A stretch of 64,000 bases of DNA, from contig OZ024740.1 in NCBI GenBank assembly GCA_964016885.1, forward strand, positions 74,276,001-74,340,000, written 5' to 3'. Source of the stretch: Eledone cirrhosa. Lineage: Eukaryota. A program made the position numbers and the translations under genes. The notes beneath the pieces were generated by a model, which had not been told where the DNA came from, ran no database searches, and saw nothing but the letters and a program-made list of their open reading frames with translations. Below, piece after piece: positions 62,657 to 64,000 of the stretch. How positions within the stretch are numbered: position 1 is the first letter of the stretch; every line of letters begins with the position of its first letter.

Positions 62657-63507
62657 TTTACTACTGAGAAACACTGTCTCATAGAGATAAATTTTTAAAA
62701 AAACCGTTGTAAGATCATACATAATTTTAAAAAAATTTAGAAATTAAAAGTTAATGAGGTTTATGAATGGTGATGCTTATGATTAAAGAAAAAGGAATTA
62801 AGAATACTATTTATTTAAGGGTTTAATAATATGTGCGAAAAGGAATTTATTAAAATGTATTATTAAAATAAAATATATTAAGAAGATAAGGTGAATGAAG
62901 ATAAGGTTAAAGGAATTATGAACTTAGAGGAATTAATTAGGGTCCAAGTTTGTTTCTATGTATTGTAATAGGAAAAAGTAAATAATAGGTTTAATACCAG
63001 CATGGAAGGAGAGAAGAAAGAAGAAATTCAAGGAAGAAAAAATATATAATGTCAAAATATATATGTTTACAAAATTTCACTAATGGTAATATTAGTATAT
63101 ATTAAAAATAGAAATTTGTATGGCCGAGAATATAAGGAAAATGCTATAGTGAGTTATAATATGAATTAAGAAGTAATTGAGAAGTAAAAGTTGCAGATTA
63201 AAGATTAGAAAATAAGAGCGAAAAAAAGAGCGAAAATAAATCCGTACGTCTATTTATTATAGAATTAAAATTAGAGATAATGGTAAATTAAGGGGACCGC
63301 TAACAACATAGTATGAGTAATATTGTATAATATACTGAAATAAGGTAGAAGGATGGGTATATTTGTAAAAAATATAAAAGCGTTTGAGAAAAGAAGATTT
63401 TAAACTAATTAGGTAGTAAGATATTAGCTGTATACTTTATGGAATGTTCCATGGGATTTATGCAAGCAGAGCGAAAATAAATCTGTATGTCTATTTATTA
63501 TAGAATT

Positions 63508-63539
<32 letters not shown>

Positions 63540-63758
63540 TGGTAAACGGAATAGAAAATGCTGACAAATTGTTCACAGTTGAAAAATGGTTTAATTAGGG
63601 ATAAAAGAGTATTAGTGATTGTATGGGTTAGTATTCAGTTGTGGTTTTAAGTTTTTAAGTTTTTACCGGTTGCGCATTTCTAAATGCTTTTCAAAAATAA
63701 TTTTGAGATAGAGTGTCCGTGTTGTTTGCTCTGATCTGATTAGTTTTGGGAATTCTAC

Positions 63759-64000
63759 CTGTTTTTATGTTAAAAAAGTGGCTCCAGCGTTACTTTGGTG
63801 TTGCAAAAATTCTTGTGGTCAAAACAATTTTGATTGGTCGGTAGAGGTCATGTGAATGTAAAAAATTGATTTTGCGCCAAGACTGTTTTTATGTTAAAAA
63901 AGTGGCTCCAGCGCTACTTGGTGCTTGCAAAAATTCTTGTGGTCAAAACAATTTTGATTGGTCGGTAGAGGTCATGTGAATAAAAAATTGGTTTTGCGCC
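63759..64000. repeat. Tandem ~124-bp repeat running off the window end
   Basis: Units start at 63759 and 63883 (ctgtttttatgttaaaaaagtggctccagcg...ttttgcgcc). Confidence 0.88.

Noticed and set aside
62740-63520. Possible decayed PLE ORF on the minus strand and a ~46-bp duplication (63228/63468)
   Set aside because: Too degenerate and AT-rich to translate convincingly.

Overview
Very AT-rich, repeat-dominated eukaryotic DNA with no recognisable host protein-coding gene. The long (TA)n/(TAC)/(CA) microsatellites, tRNA-headed CORE-type SINEs, RTE and CR1-like LINEs and Penelope-like fragments suggest a cephalopod (Octopus-like) genome; this is an inference. Most long ORFs in the track are artefacts of TA repeats. 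Real coding content is mobile: (i) a CR1-group LINE with an uninterrupted 1031-codon APE+RT frame (3995-7090, -); (ii) a near-complete RTE LINE with a PHD-like finger and a single in-frame TGA (56823-59942, -), preceded by ~407-bp tandem repeats; (iii) many truncated RTE/CR1 copies, a Helitron helicase 3' end and Penelope-like GIY-YIG fragments; (iv) about a dozen type I hammerhead ribozyme motifs. The most unusual object is a ~3.7-kb CpG-retaining island (about 30319-34063) between TA tracts. It has terminal hairpins, a ~215-bp inverted-repeat cassette around a GC-rich coding relic, an orphan 119-aa ORF with a 43-nt intron, and a convergent SGNH/GDSL-esterase gene that only appears once two 55-57-nt introns are removed. 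It looks like part of an unclassified cargo-carrying DNA element. There is a 200-N assembly gap at 35940-36139.
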